A stretch of DNA of 64,000 nt from assembly GCF_001194135.2 (NCBI RefSeq), contig NC_069005.1:1212316-1276315 (forward strand). The letters run 5' to 3'. The notes under the pieces were generated by a model. It did no database searches and had not been told where the DNA came from. It saw only the letters and a program-made list of their open reading frames with translations. Position numbers and translations under genes: made by a program. Source of the stretch: Octopus bimaculoides (taxonomy: Eukaryota). The stretch's first letter is position 1. Every line of letters begins with the position of its first letter. Positions 12,922 through 26,767 of the stretch are shown piece after piece.

Positions 12922-13602
12922 GTACGGTGATTATTGTTATTATTGGTGTTGTGTTTGTGAAGGTGCATGGCCTAGTGGTGAGGGTGTTGTACTCAGGATC
13001 ATAAAATCGTGGTTTCAATCCCTGAATCGGACAATCTGTTGTGTTCTTAAGCAAAATACTTCAGCTGTGGATGTGTTCCAGCAATAGCTGGGATGTTGGT
13101 CCAGCAATGAACTGAGTGGGGTAGTCTTGTAATCTCAGCCACTTATGCACCATGATAACTGGGTATGAGTGCTGGGGCTCACATTCTGAGTTCAAATCCA
13201 CTAGAGTCAAGGGTCTATTTCTGCCTTTTCTCCCTCAAGGGTACCAGTAATTATACTGAGACATTTATACCAATTTGTGATATCAAAAATAATTAACTTT
13301 GTACTTAAAATGTTTTGTGTGGGGCAATTCAAAGTTCTGCAAGCAAAGAATAAAAAAGAGTGGAAACTTATTTTCTGCGATGAGTCACTATAACGTAAAT
13401 GGAGAACACAACTGTGCAATGAGCAATGACCCGTACTCAGGCCAAATAGTCCATGTGTTGTTTTTAAGAGTTTTGTTGCCATGGTAATGTTATGCAGGTT
13501 TAAACTCAAGTTCCCATAGGTCAATACACCTGAGAAACGTTTTATAATTTTGTTTTATTGTGGTTAAAGACAGTAAAGGTTTGTCGTTTTAAATATTTAC
13601 AG

Positions 13603-13712
13603 GTCGCCCACCAAAACATGGCACATCTCCAACCAACAGTCGTCCAGGTACTCCAGATAGTTCTGACAGTAACGCTAGTATCAAGAATGGTATTGTAAAT
13701 GGGTCGTCTGAT
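13603..13712 (+). CDS. PHF21A: PHF21A exon (GRPPKHGTSP...GSSD), AT-hook core
   Basis: GRPPK motif. Phase 1/0, gtaagt donor. Confidence 0.9.
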
Positions 13713-15074
13713 GTAAGTATTGCGACAGTTTCTCAATCACGGTTTTAACTTATTTGAAATCATATCTCTACATAGTGTTATGGATGAAGTACGTCACTCT
13801 ATTTGATTTAGAATTATTTTCCATTTGAGTGATATATCTCAATGGACTTGGGACAGTTGTTTTTTGAGACAGCTTTTGTCATCTCAGTTTTGACAAAACC
13901 AAAACATGGCGTTTGCAGTTGATTGCTTCATCATCATCATCATCATCATTTAACGTCCATGTTCCATGCTAGCATGGGTGGTACAGTACCACAAGAGCCG
14001 ACCAGGCAGAAGCCTGCACCAGACTTCTGTGGCTGTTTTGGCAGGATTTTTACAGCTAGATGCCCTTCCTAACACCAACCACTCAGCAGAGTGGACTTAG
14101 TGCTTTTTATGTGGCACCTGCACTGACAGGGTCACCAAGTACTTGTAAGACAAAAAAACTTTTAAGAGGGGAGGAGGCATAGGGAGAGGTGATGATGAAA
14201 AGGTTATAGTGAGACAGATACAGGTGTCTTGCTGAAGAGGAAGTAGAAGGTTACCTGGCCAGAGAGAGAAAGATCAGGAACGAAAACAAACAGGTGTGCT
14301 GCTGCAAAGAAAATACACAGCAGCCCAACCTGAGGGAAGTGCAGGAGAAGGAGAGAGAGAGAGAGAGAGAGAGAGTGGGAGACCAGGGTTTTAGAATATT
14401 TCATGTAACTAATTTTGGTGGTTGAAAAGTAAAATTATAAACATTACATATGACCTAACTATGCTGTAAAAACTCCCTATGTTTTGTTTATGGTGTGTGT
14501 GTGTGTGTATGTGCTCATGTGCAACTCCAGAATCTGTTTGCTGCACAACTAAAAAAAACTCGATGCAATGTTTTTTGCATTGTTTAATATTCTGAATTGC
14601 TGAACTAATTTTGCCTTTTGTTGCTCTGACTCAATAAAGCAACTATAGGAGAGTTAATTAAATTAAGTATGGCCTGTTCTAAAAATTGCTATTTCAATCA
14701 AAGCTATTAATTAGCATAAAGTTGGCAGAACACAGTGCAGCACTGAACCGAATTCCTTGCAGTAATTGGTTCCATCCAGTTACCTCCCTCTGCGTTCTGT
14801 GTTCACATTCTGCCAGGGTCAGCATGGCTTTGTATCCCTTTAGGGTACTAAAATAAGTACCAGTTGTTTGCTGGGGTGAAAGTAACACTCTATACATAGT
14901 TAAAGGAAGTTAATACTGTATATATAAAAAAAAAATTTTTTTTAAACTTTCAAATTAAATTGAAAAAAAAGAAATTGATATTTCAGAATAAATCCAACAC
15001 ATTTTAATGCCTGAAACTACGAATGTATTGACATTGTTCTCTAATTGAAATCTCATTTTATGTTTTAACAACAG

Positions 15075-15221
15075 GATATACATGATGGTCTTTGCTTTGT
15101 GTGCCAAAAAGCTGGCCGATTATTGATCTGTGATGGCTGTGGTATGGCATATCACCCTACTTGTTTAGAACCTCCTGTTGCTACTTTTCCTAATGGTCCT
15201 TGGAGGTGTTACAAATGTCAG
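15075..15221 (+). CDS. PHF21A: PHF21A PHD finger exon (DIHDGLCFVC...WRCYKCQ)
   Basis: Cys4-His-Cys3 spacing. Aligns without gaps to human DIHEDFCSVC...WICPRCQ. 147 nt, phase 0/0. Confidence 0.95.
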
Positions 15222-15704
15222 GTATAAATTGGTTTTTGTTCTTTGTTTTTATATATATATATATATATATACACATATATACATCAAATATTGATGATAA
15301 TTTCTCTGGTTTTAGTGTCCAAAGATAAAAAAAAAGTGCTGGATTAGCAAAAGCACACAAATCCGTGGACGGATCTCCAACTTTGACAATGAGGATTCAG
15401 CTGTTTGGATCAACTGAATTTTTGGCTCATTATCTTTGTCTTGATTTTAAATGATCACTCCTCAAGTAATCATATATTTGTGGAAAATTATCTTTGGATA
15501 TTATCTTCATTAAAATTTCTTATTTGCCACTTTTTTAGCTTTAAACAGTTTGATTAACATTAACCACAGAGTTTATGTCAGCACTTCATTGCTGCAGAGG
15601 TAATTTTCTAGTTGCTCCCTGGATAGAATATGCTACAGTTTCACTTTTGATGTATGTGTGCCATCAAATCCCTTCATATTATGTAAAAATATGTCTAATT
15701 ACAG

Positions 15705-15774
15705 AATGAAAAGAACTCAACAGGTGGGTCAGTGACGTTGGATATAGTACACAATTATATCATCAATAAAACTG
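15705..15774 (+). CDS. PHF21A: PHF21A exon (NEKNSTGGSVTLDIVHNYIINKT)
   Basis: Matches human TLAIVHSYIAYKA. gtgagt donor, phase 0/1. Confidence 0.9.
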
Positions 15775-17018
15775 GTGAGTATTGATTTCTATCTTCTGGT
15801 ATTTATTGGGGGGAGGGGGGAGAGTTTTATGATAAGGATGAGCTTATTGCATACAGGGCTCAGCTGCATTGTAACACATCAGAAAAGGTTAAAAGAGGGC
15901 CAACAGATTAGTCAAGTAAAGAAGGACTACAATGAAAGCTAGAAATACAAGTAGAGTACACAAAATGAAACACAGAAAGATAGAAAAGTGAATTAAAAGA
16001 GTCACAGGCTGCTGAATGTATTGAAGACCAAAATTGTGTTGTCTAGTGAACTGCTGCTTGTTGCAGTGTCGGACTGCTCATGAAAGGGTCTGTGAATAAT
16101 ATCCCATCAACAACACTATTTTCTACAGCTGGATCCCCTCCGTGTCACCACCCTTCACCTGTTTTCATCTGAGGTAATATCCCCTCCCCCCTGCCCAGAC
16201 ATGTTTCCATAGAACATTGCAAATGAACAACACTGCTTGGATGACAGTGGCACACTCACTCCCATCTATCACATAATGCCAAGACAAGGAACCACAGGCA
16301 CACACACACACACACGCACACACACACACGCACACACACGCACACACACACACAGAGGCGTCTTTCATTTCCCATCTACCGAATCCATTCAGATGACTTT
16401 GGTCATTTGAGGGGCTATAATAGAAGACCCTTACCTAAGGTACCCCACAGTGGGACTGAACCTGAAACCTTGTGGCTGGAGAGCAAACTTCTTAACTATC
16501 CTGGTCTGTGGATACACTGTCTTTCGCGAAACCAGTCCATGGTACAAAAATGGTTGTGGGGCTGCTGATACAGAATATCAGAAAACTCATCCAGATGTAG
16601 TGTAGAGTCTGCTTGAAAGGGCTTGTCACTTCCAACAATTTACCTTGATACGTGCCCCTTAACATGTTGGGTTGTTGGTTAGTTGCGCTTGCAAGATAGC
16701 CTCTCTGTGGTCACCTAACCTCCTAGGAATAGCAGCTAAATCTGATATTATAGTGGTACTCAGCTGTAAAAAGAATGACGGAAAATCTGAGGGGAAGCAG
16801 TCATGCTTGACTTGAGAAAAAGTAGGCTTCATTCATATAGAGCTACTTCAACAATGGATTGAAACCTGTGACGGTCTCAGCTCCCCTGTATTTTTACCTT
16901 TGAAATTTGAAATATCTTTTCATTGTACATTTTTTGTGCAGATTAATTTCTGTGGTGTAAAAATCGGGGAGTTTTTTTTGTTTTAATTTGATATTTTTAA
17001 TTTTTATATTTTTAACAG

Positions 17019-17122
17019 CCAAAGATGAAGAAAGAAAAAAACTACAAAGAAGAAATACAGAATTAAACAATGAACGAATACAGTTAGAAACAAATACGAA
17101 ACAACTTTCTCAATCATTATAT
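17019..17122 (+). CDS. PHF21A: PHF21A coiled-coil exon (AKDEERKKLQRR...KQLSQSLY)
   Basis: Matches human [33 protein letters not shown]. Phase 1/0. Confidence 0.92.
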
Positions 17123-17696
17123 GTATGTATTTTATGTATAACTTAGCAGTATTTTTCTAATTAGAAACCAGAAGATACAGACTCGTACACACGTGTGTTT
17201 GTGTGTGTGTTCTGGCATCCATTAATTCTGCTCCGTCGAGTACATTTCTTCTAGATTAAAACCGCCAGCAACTCTTTATTATCTCCCCTGATAAGCACAT
17301 GGGATTAACCCTGGAATGGTATTTATTTCATCGCCTCTTTCAGGGCTTGAACTCTGAATGTAGAGGAACATAACTAAATATTCTAGCCATACGCTTCTTT
17401 CCGTCTCCAGCCTTTAATTAATAATCATATCAGGACATTGCACAGAAGTTAGAAATTCTGCTGCAATAATAGTAGCAACAACAGGAAAATACCAGATGAA
17501 ACCAGTTAATACTGGATTCTAAGATGTTTGCCAGTAACACAAGATATTTTATGGATATCTCGCTGCCTTTTTCCAAGGGACAGCAGTGCCAAATAGGGAA
17601 TCCCTGGTTATGTTACAGTGCTGCCCTTAATTCTGATTGCATGCTGCATGTGTTCATTGGTGTGCAACACCATTGAATTCGGGTCAGACAACAAAA

Positions 17697-18360
17697 GTCA
17701 TCATCATTTAACGTCCATTTTCCCATGCCTGCATGGGTTAGATGGAATTTGTTGAGTCAGATTTTCTGGAGATGGATGCCCTTCCTAACGCCAACCAAGA
17801 GTGTAGTGGGTGCCTTTTACGTGCTACTGGTGCAGGATCCAGTCAGGCAGACCTGGCATTGACCTAAGTTCAGCTGATGCTTTTTACGTGCCACCGGAAC
17901 AAGAGCTAGTCAGGGGGCACTTGGTTTTCCTTGACTCAATGGGACTTGTCAAGCATATCATATCACCCAATGCATCAAGGGTACTTTTAAATGGGCCAGA
18001 CATGCAACACTGGCATCGGACATGGCTACGATCTTACTTTAGTTGCCGGGTCTTCTCAATCACAGCATATCTCCAAAGGTCTCGGTCTCCTGTCATTGCC
18101 TCTGTGAAGCCCAATGTTCGATGGTCATGCTTCACCACCTCATCCCAGGGTGTGGCACTTCCTCACATAGTTGTCCTCATCCATACATAACACATGACCA
18201 CACCAGCGCAGTCGTCTCTCTAGCAAACCACCAGGGTGCTCACACTCTGTCATGTATGCACACTGACATTACACATCCAGCAGATCACACTAGCTTTATT
18301 TCTTTCAAGCTTACGCATGTCCTTAGCAGTCATGGCCCATGTTTCACTGCCGTTCCATGT
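17697..18360 (-). mobile_element. RTE-clade LINE 3' fragment (ORF2 C-terminus plus 3' UTR)
   Basis: Minus strand reads GSETWAMTAKDMRKLERN, RRLRWCGHV, and DRDLWRYAVIEKTR. (ATG)n tail. Confidence 0.85.
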
Positions 18361-18552
18361 TAAATTCATAATCGATTTGTTATTAGAATATTTGGCAATT
18401 AAGTAGCTGTCTTACTTTTTCTTTTTAACTAGCAATTATTTCCCTTATGAAATACAGTTTATTTTATTGTGTGTATTTTATTATTTGCTTGGTATATTAC
18501 ATTCTGTCTAATTGCCTTTCCTTCCTCTCTTCTTTTTCTTTTTCCTTTCTAG

Positions 18553-18651
18553 CAATGTATTCAACAGAAACAAGAATTAATGAACACAAACAAAAAAGTA
18601 CAGCAGTCTGCAGACAATATAAATAACTTCCTCCAAATATTCCAGTCTTGA
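18553..18651 (+). CDS. PHF21A: PHF21A last coding exon (QCIQQKQELM...FLQIFQS*)
   Basis: Long pyrimidine tract then ag. Matches human [30 protein letters not shown]. TGA at 18649-18651. Confidence 0.88.
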   Translation, partial: QCIQQKQELMNTNKKVQQSADNINNFLQIFQS

Positions 18652-19325
18652 CTGCTACTCCCTTGTAAATAATGAACTTCCAAAGACATTGTACATACTT
18701 TCAACTCACAAAGTAGTTCTCTTTTGAGAAGGAGGACTTCACTCAACAGCCTACAATCTTAGCAGCTCAACGGTCCATTCTTCTCTTGTCAACTTTTTTT
18801 GACTACAACAGATTTCTGCTGTTGTTTTGAACGGTCTTTAATCATCTTAAGGATGATTATCATGTTGCATGATCACGACCCTATTTGCGTGCTGCTGTTG
18901 TTCAGGGGAACAGTAACGTTGAAAGTAACCTTTTTTTTTTGTTTTGTTTTTGTTGTTTTTTGTTGTTTTTTTTTATTTTATTATATATATTTTTTTTTAA
19001 AAAGAAAATGAGATAGAGAGTGGGGATAATAATAATAATAATAATTCATTATTTCAGGCAGGTCTTCAGGGGCTAGAGAAGTATCCAGTAGGCTTTTATT
19101 ATTATTATTTTTTTTTTAAAGGCATTCATCAACAAAATGATTTAAATACAGCTTCAATTTTTTTTTTTTAATTAAAGAGAAAATGTTGGAAAAGAAAAAG
19201 AAAGTTTTAAAAAGAGCCAACTGACCGGTTTTTAAAAAAAAGTTTCTCTCAGCGCAAGTAAAAAAAATATCATAACTAGTAGAATATAATTGACGGCTGT
19301 ATTTGTTAAAACACACAGACACACA

Positions 19326-20252
19326 NNNNNNNNNNNNNNNNNNNNNNNNNNNNNNNNNNNNNNNNNNNNNNNNNNNNNNNNNNNNNNNNNNNNNNNNNNN
19401 NNNNNNNNNNNNNNNNNNNNNNNNNNNNNNNNNNNNNNNNNNNNNNNNNNNNNNNNNNNNNNNNNNNNNNNNNNNNNNNNNNNNNNNNNNNNNNNNNNNN
19501 NNNNNNNNNNNNNNNNNNNNNNNNNNNNNNNNNNNNNNNNNNNNNNNNNNNNNNNNNNNNNNNNNNNNNNNNNNNNNNNNNNNNNNNNNNNNNNNNNNNN
19601 NNNNNNNNNNNNNNNNNNNNNNNNNNNNNNNNNNNNNNNNNNNNNNNNNNNNNNNNNNNNNNNNNNNNNNNNNNNNNNNNNNNNNNNNNNNNNNNNNNNN
19701 NNNNNNNNNNNNNNNNNNNNNNNNNNNNNNNNNNNNNNNNNNNNNNNNNNNNNNNNNNNNNNNNNNNNNNNNNNNNNNNNNNNNNNNNNNNNNNNNNNNN
19801 NNNNNNNNNNNNNNNNNNNNNNNNNNNNNNNNNNNNNNNNNNNNNNNNNNNNNNNNNNNNNNNNNNNNNNNNNNNNNNNNNNNNNNNNNNNNNNNNNNNN
19901 NNNNNNNNNNNNNNNNNNNNNNNNNNNNNNNNNNNNNNNNNNNNNNNNNNNNNNNNNNNNNNNNNNNNNNNNNNNNNNNNNNNNNNNNNNNNNNNNNNNN
20001 NNNNNNNNNNNNNNNNNNNNNNNNNNNNNNNNNNNNNNNNNNNNNNNNNNNNNNNNNNNNNNNNNNNNNNNNNNNNNNNNNNNNNNNNNNNNNNNNNNNN
20101 NNNNNNNNNNNNNNNNNNNNNNNNNNNNNNNNNNNNNNNNNNNNNNNNNNNNNNNNNNNNNNNNNNNNNNNNNNNNNNNNNNNNNNNNNNNNNNNNNNNN
20201 NNNNNNNNNNNNNNNNNNNNNNNNNNNNNNNNNNNNNNNNNNNNNNNNNNNN
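19326..20252. other. Assembly gap
   Basis: N run. Confidence 1.
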
Positions 20253-20352
20253 TTTTTTATCAGCAGACAAAAGGATGATTTTGGCATCTCCAATGTGATA
20301 GATATGAAGCAAAGAGCCAAATTAATTCTACATCTAGAACAAAGTAGTAGCA

Positions 20353-20387
<35 letters not shown>

Positions 20388-20748
20388 GTATTTGATTTTT
20401 CTCCCCTCTACACATTAATTATCTGAAATACTTTCTAAGTTCAGTTCCTGATGAAGAAAAGAAAAAAAAGAAACCAAAACTAATTGTTGAAACATTGAAT
20501 CGGGTTGTTTTGTGAAGACCCAGAATTTTTTTTTTTTTTTTTTAATATATAATGGAACACCTTCAGTTGCCTAAACTCAAGAACAGTCTGTTGCCATGAT
20601 ATAAATTCCTTATTTGTAAATCCATTTGCTAAAAGCAATAACTGATGGTCAACTGTTTTTGCTATTTAAAGAAGAAAAAGCAACAAGCAAAGTGTTTCAT
20701 GTCTGTGATAATGTAATCTTTTGGGAATGAACTAGACCCCCCCACATC

Positions 20749-20785
<37 letters not shown>

Positions 20786-23132
20786 ATACATATATATATA
20801 TATAGAGAGAGAGAGAGAGCGAGAGACGGTAGAACTTTTCTGTTAGAATTTTCCAGTGAAATATTCTCTCCTTTTGCATTGACTACATTTTCCCAAAATG
20901 ATGAAGAAAAAAAAAGAGGAAAAGATAATGGTTCTTTTATTCTTTTAATGTTGTATAAATTTTAACTTGTTAAACTTATTTCTAGGAAAGTTGATTTCAA
21001 CTTTGGTATTCCTATTCATATCTTCCATTAAAAGTACTGAGTCGGGTGGTGAGTTCTCAGAAATGGTAAGACTACTGGACAGAATGCCAAAATGCCATTT
21101 AGTATTTAGCCTTTTCAGTTTTGCCTCTTTCTTTGTTCTCAACACAGTTGTCTTTGCCTCGTGTCTCATTCTCGTGATTAATGACTTAACACCAATGCCA
21201 CATGTCCCTTCGCTATACAATGCAACATGTCCCTTCTGTCCCTCAGAGGTGAAAATATTTCTTCATTTTTACCTCTCTCTCTCCTACATACATACGTAGA
21301 AATACTTCAGCTAATAATGGCACGTCTTCAATGTTTGTCCAAATACGTCACAAATTGTAGCTTTTATCAATATATGGTCAATTATCTTAGAGAAATGCAT
21401 TTTGTTTGCATAACTAAATTGATGAGTGCGTGTGTGTATTTCTGTAAGCTAGAGTAATACAAATAAATGATGCACATTTTTAACGACCTTATTGTATCCA
21501 GTGCTCAGGTGCAGTACAGCTTATCAGAAAAAGTAGCCAAAACAGTATATAAAATATGCACTGAAAATGAACAATGAATAGGTTTTTAAAAAGGGGCTGA
21601 GAAGCATCAGGTGTGTTGTTGACAAACTTCAGGAAGCATGGAAGTTTGGGAAAATGTGGTGTCCCAACTGGTAGTCTTTGTTTTTTCCCATGCTTTTGTA
21701 TGTACACACATGCATACGAGTGTGTGTGTCTTATGGTACTAAGAGTACTCTCCCTTATTCCTCAGTTGCGACAAAACTGAAATGCAAACTAAATTTATAT
21801 CAGTGATGTGCGTAAGTAGTTAATGAAATAACGTAATAAGACAAAGTGTGTAAAGCAAAAATAGAAAAGGGAAAGTTTGTGTATGTATATATAGGTATAT
21901 CATTTATAGATATAGGTAAAAATGAAGATAGGACAATACCAATACAAAATAGACAATTAGATAGATTACTAAATATATGCACAGGTGGTCAAACTTCATA
22001 CGTTATATATTACATATTAAAATGCGCTAGGGGATGTAACTCAAATGAAATGAACTTAGACAATTAAACTAAAGTATGTACTTGCTGTAATTTTGAATTC
22101 CCTGAGTTTTCTGTTTACTGAGAGAACTGGAATTTAAACCTGGTGGCAATTGGTAGAAACTCATAAAGAGAAGAGGGGACATGTAATGTAAATACTCGTA
22201 GATGTGTATAGGAATATGTGTGTGTGTGTGTTTGCAAACATTATCCTCATCATCATTTTATGTCCATTTTCCATTGTTGATGTGGATTAAGTGTGTCGTT
22301 TTAGTTGAGTCATTTCATATTCGAAGTTACTGCTTTGCTAGATGTGACAAAGGCCCACATTTTACTCAGTTTCGGAATGGTTTCTGTGGCTGGATGCCCT
22401 TCCTAACACCTTCTACATTACAGAACATCTATACATGTATGTAGGTGTATGTATGAAAGAAAGCTCATTGGGGGACTCACTTTGATATAATCATCTTAGT
22501 TTGTTGGGTTTTTTTTTTTCTTTCTTATCATCTTAAAATGTTACACATGCATGTGTGTATATATATATATATATATACACATACATGTGTGTTATAACTT
22601 TGTTTTCTTAGCTTAGATATTTTTATTCCAGACATCCAACACCATTCTCTGGTGATTTTTCTTCTTTTTCTCTCTCTAATATCCTCGTTGGCTTTAGTTT
22701 ATCTTTTGCCATTTTTGTTGGTTTCCAACACTATCGATGTTACTGTTTGTGCAAAACTGCTATATTACTAGGATAAATTATCCCATTCCTGGGTTTTTGT
22801 TGTGTTTTTAATATATATTTTCATTCTATTTGATGGTTTGTGGCCCTCTATATACAAGGATTTAGAATTTAAACTTTTCAATTCATCTTCCTGTAAAACT
22901 ATTTTTAATTAGATTCTTAAATACATTTCAAAACAAATTACTTTACAAACTTGTCTTTGTGGAGTTGGATTATCTGTAGATATATTTGCAGATTTTCATC
23001 TTTGAAATTGAATTAAAAGTATTTGGTAAAAAGTTTCACCTTGTAAATAAGCATTAGATAATTGTTTAAGTGCTGTAGAAATTAGCAATTACTGTACATT
23101 TGGACTCTAATGTTTCTGGATTTTTATTATCA

Positions 23133-23169
<37 letters not shown>

Positions 23170-23171
23170 TT

Positions 23172-23400
23172 TGAAGGCAATGAGCTGGCAGAATTGTTAG
23201 AGTGTCAGGAAAAATACTTTGCGGTATTAGTATTGGCTCTTTACGTTTTGAGTTCAAATTCCTGTCAAGGTCATGCTTGCCTTTCATCCTTTTGGGGTTG
23301 GTAAAATAAAGAACCATTTGAACAGTAGGGTAGATGTAAATTGACTTACTTCCTTCCCTGAAATTCCTGGCCTTGTGCCAAAATTTGAAATCATTATTAT
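23172..23400 (+). mobile_element. SINE with Nin-like domain (gagttcaaattcc...cctttcatcctttNggggtNgataaaataagtacc)
   Basis: Similar copies at about 6545-6720, 12075-12210, 26768-26970, 28995-29170, 53760-53975 (-) and 56120-56540. Flanked by (ATT)n. Confidence 0.75.
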
Positions 23401-24762
23401 TATTTTTATTTTTAATGGGGGAAGAACCTTTTTTTTTTCTTCGTGAAAGTCAACATTTAGTCCATTTTAATAATTTCCATCCACCTTTAAATACCCACCC
23501 CAACCACATCCACATACAAAACATCAAAATATTGTTCATATTTCAAATTTTCTATGTACAATCTTTTTTTTTTTTCCTTTTTACATTTCTTTAATTATAT
23601 TTAAAAAAAACTTTTATATATATATATATATAGATATAGATATATATGTATAAATATCTAAAAAAAAAAAGAATTTTTTAACCAGAATTCTATAAAAATC
23701 AAATCAAAATCTGAATATTAACGAGAAGAAAATTTCTAGATTAACTTAATAATGAGTGTTAGGTATTTTTGGATACAAGTGTCAAGTCACTGAAATGGAG
23801 AAATATTATAAATTCATGTCTTTTAGATCTTTATATATTTTTCAGTCCCTTGTTTCTTTCTTTCTCCCTCTCTCCCCCCCCTCTCTCTCTCTCTCTCTCT
23901 GTTAATTTAAAACTTTTTTCCTTCCAAACTATTAAACGTATTTTTATGACGTGGTGCTATATCAAATTGGGTAGCATGAAAATACTGGTTGTAATAAAAT
24001 AAAATAATTAAAATGAACAGAAATTGTACAACAGTGATGTGTGATTATGAAACAAGGCTTGCCCTAATTGTAGCAGATTTTATTTACTTTTCTTTTTATA
24101 GAAAACTAAGGAAAAAAAATGACCTTGAAAACTTGTTTTCTTTTTTGCAAATGTTTCCTATAAAATTCTTCCTGCTTTTCCAAATATCACTTGCGTGATC
24201 ACAATATTTAATCTCCACATGTTCCAAATCTTCCTTAAAATTAATTCCTTCCCATTTTCTTTTCATATTTTTAATATTATATTTTTAACCATTTATTACA
24301 TACATACACACTCACACACACACATGTATAGGTAAGTGTTTGCATATATATACAAGTATATATGTAAGCCTTCATACAGCTATACCCCTATACAAAGAGA
24401 TCTCTTCAAACCCTGCCTAGAATTCTCATAGATGTCACTTTTTAGAGGATTTTACTTATTATTCTCTTCACTTCAATTTCTCCTTTATAAATTGTTTTTC
24501 CATCTTTTTTTCTTTTCTCAAACCATAAAAACGATAAACTATCAATATGGATTTATACAAAGAAACGAACTGTAAGACAATTTCTTTGAATAGCCATCTT
24601 GTTTTCATTTGTGCTGTTTCCATTTTCTTTTTCTTCCTTTCTTTTTTTTTTTTTAGCCAGTGATGGTCAATTTGGTCCATAATGTGTGTGTGTGTGTCTG
24701 TGTATGTATGTGTGTCAGTCTGCTTGATGCTGTACAGCTACCAAATTGTTATTAATGCCCCC

Positions 24763-25459
24763 NNNNNNNNNNNNNNNNNNNNNNNNNNNNNNNNNNNNNN
24801 NNNNNNNNNNNNNNNNNNNNNNNNNNNNNNNNNNNNNNNNNNNNNNNNNNNNNNNNNNNNNNNNNNNNNNNNNNNNNNNNNNNNNNNNNNNNNNNNNNNN
24901 NNNNNNNNNNNNNNNNNNNNNNNNNNNNNNNNNNNNNNNNNNNNNNNNNNNNNNNNNNNNNNNNNNNNNNNNNNNNNNNNNNNNNNNNNNNNNNNNNNNN
25001 NNNNNNNNNNNNNNNNNNNNNNNNNNNNNNNNNNNNNNNNNNNNNNNNNNNNNNNNNNNNNNNNNNNNNNNNNNNNNNNNNNNNNNNNNNNNNNNNNNNN
25101 NNNNNNNNNNNNNNNNNNNNNNNNNNNNNNNNNNNNNNNNNNNNNNNNNNNNNNNNNNNNNNNNNNNNNNNNNNNNNNNNNNNNNNNNNNNNNNNNNNNN
25201 NNNNNNNNNNNNNNNNNNNNNNNNNNNNNNNNNNNNNNNNNNNNNNNNNNNNNNNNNNNNNNNNNNNNNNNNNNNNNNNNNNNNNNNNNNNNNNNNNNNN
25301 NNNNNNNNNNNNNNNNNNNNNNNNNNNNNNNNNNNNNNNNNNNNNNNNNNNNNNNNNNNNNNNNNNNNNNNNNNNNNNNNNNNNNNNNNNNNNNNNNNNN
25401 NNNNNNNNNNNNNNNNNNNNNNNNNNNNNNNNNNNNNNNNNNNNNNNNNNNNNNNNNNN
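24763..25459. other. Assembly gap
   Basis: N run. Confidence 1.
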
Positions 25460-25466
25460 ATGTATG

Positions 25467-25506
<40 letters not shown>

Positions 25507-26732
25507 TATATGCATACATGCACATATGTACTCGTGTGTGCGTACACACACAGTATTTGTTCCTTGCAGCAAGGAAATTCCATGTAATTCACTTTGAAGT
25601 TTTTATGAAATATTTTTTAAGAAAAGAAGAAAAAAAATCAAAAAGGAAAGGAAAAGAGATTTAAAGACCAAAATAAATATTGGTCGATATATATATACCA
25701 AAAAAAAAAAGAAAAGGAAAATGTAGACAAGGAAAATAATGACATCAAATTGTTCGCTTCTCTTTCTTGCTCTGCTCCTCCTCTTGTGTCTTATAATCCT
25801 GTTTTAGTGAAACTAATGGGAATTCTTTAGCTATGCAGGCACGGTCAGACAAGGTGTTTGAAAGAATGACAACCTAAAGACTTCGGGGGTCACAAAACTT
25901 CTTCACCACATGTTTACTATCAAGGCAGCTCATTAAGTTTATATTGGCAGGTAAGCTTGCTACCACGTCACCAACTGTTGTTACATATGTGTATGCTACT
26001 GGTCAGTTGTCAAGTCCTTACATTGGGACTGTTACTGGTGAACCGCTAAACACTTTGGTTTTCATGCAGAATGTGTAATGCAAGTTGAGTTTAGTGGAGT
26101 TGATCGGTCTTCTAGTCAAAAGGAGGAGCTGAATCCAGTGGTATGTACCAGCACTTGGCATTTTGGTAGTAATGATGCTGATTACAGCAGACCGACTCTC
26201 CAATGGATTGGACATTCAGAGTTAGATGTCTCGATAACAGTGGCACATTTGAGACCTCTGATCCTTTGGCTAATAGCAGTGAAACACATGGTGTGTGTGT
26301 GTGTGTGTGTGAATACACTCGGGGTTAACCAATGCCTTCTGAGACAGAGATTTTATTATGATTACAACAGTGGAAACATGTCATTTATACATGTGGTTTG
26401 TGTGTGTATGTGTGTATATATATATATATATTTATATATATCGGTGTGTGAGTGTGTTGCCTTAAGATATATACTCATTGGTGATAAATCCATGAATCAA
26501 GCAAAAATATCCTGTGGATTTTTTTTTTTTCCAGCCGAGTTACACAGACACCCACACCTCCACTTCAACTCCCCTGTCATACTGGGGCCATTGGAAATGC
26601 AGTGAGCCTGGGGTTGGCCTGTTTTGGAAGCCTACAACCACCAACCTAAGTTATTTACTCTTCACAAATGCATGACAAATTCTTTTAAGATGTCCTCCAT
26701 AAGTGTTATCCATATAATTTCCTTAATCAACC

Positions 26733-26767
<35 letters not shown>

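Noticed and set aside
13570-13602. Possible 9-nt microexon ACAGTAAAG just upstream of the AT-hook exon
   Set aside because: The following intron would be only about 22 nt, too short to splice.
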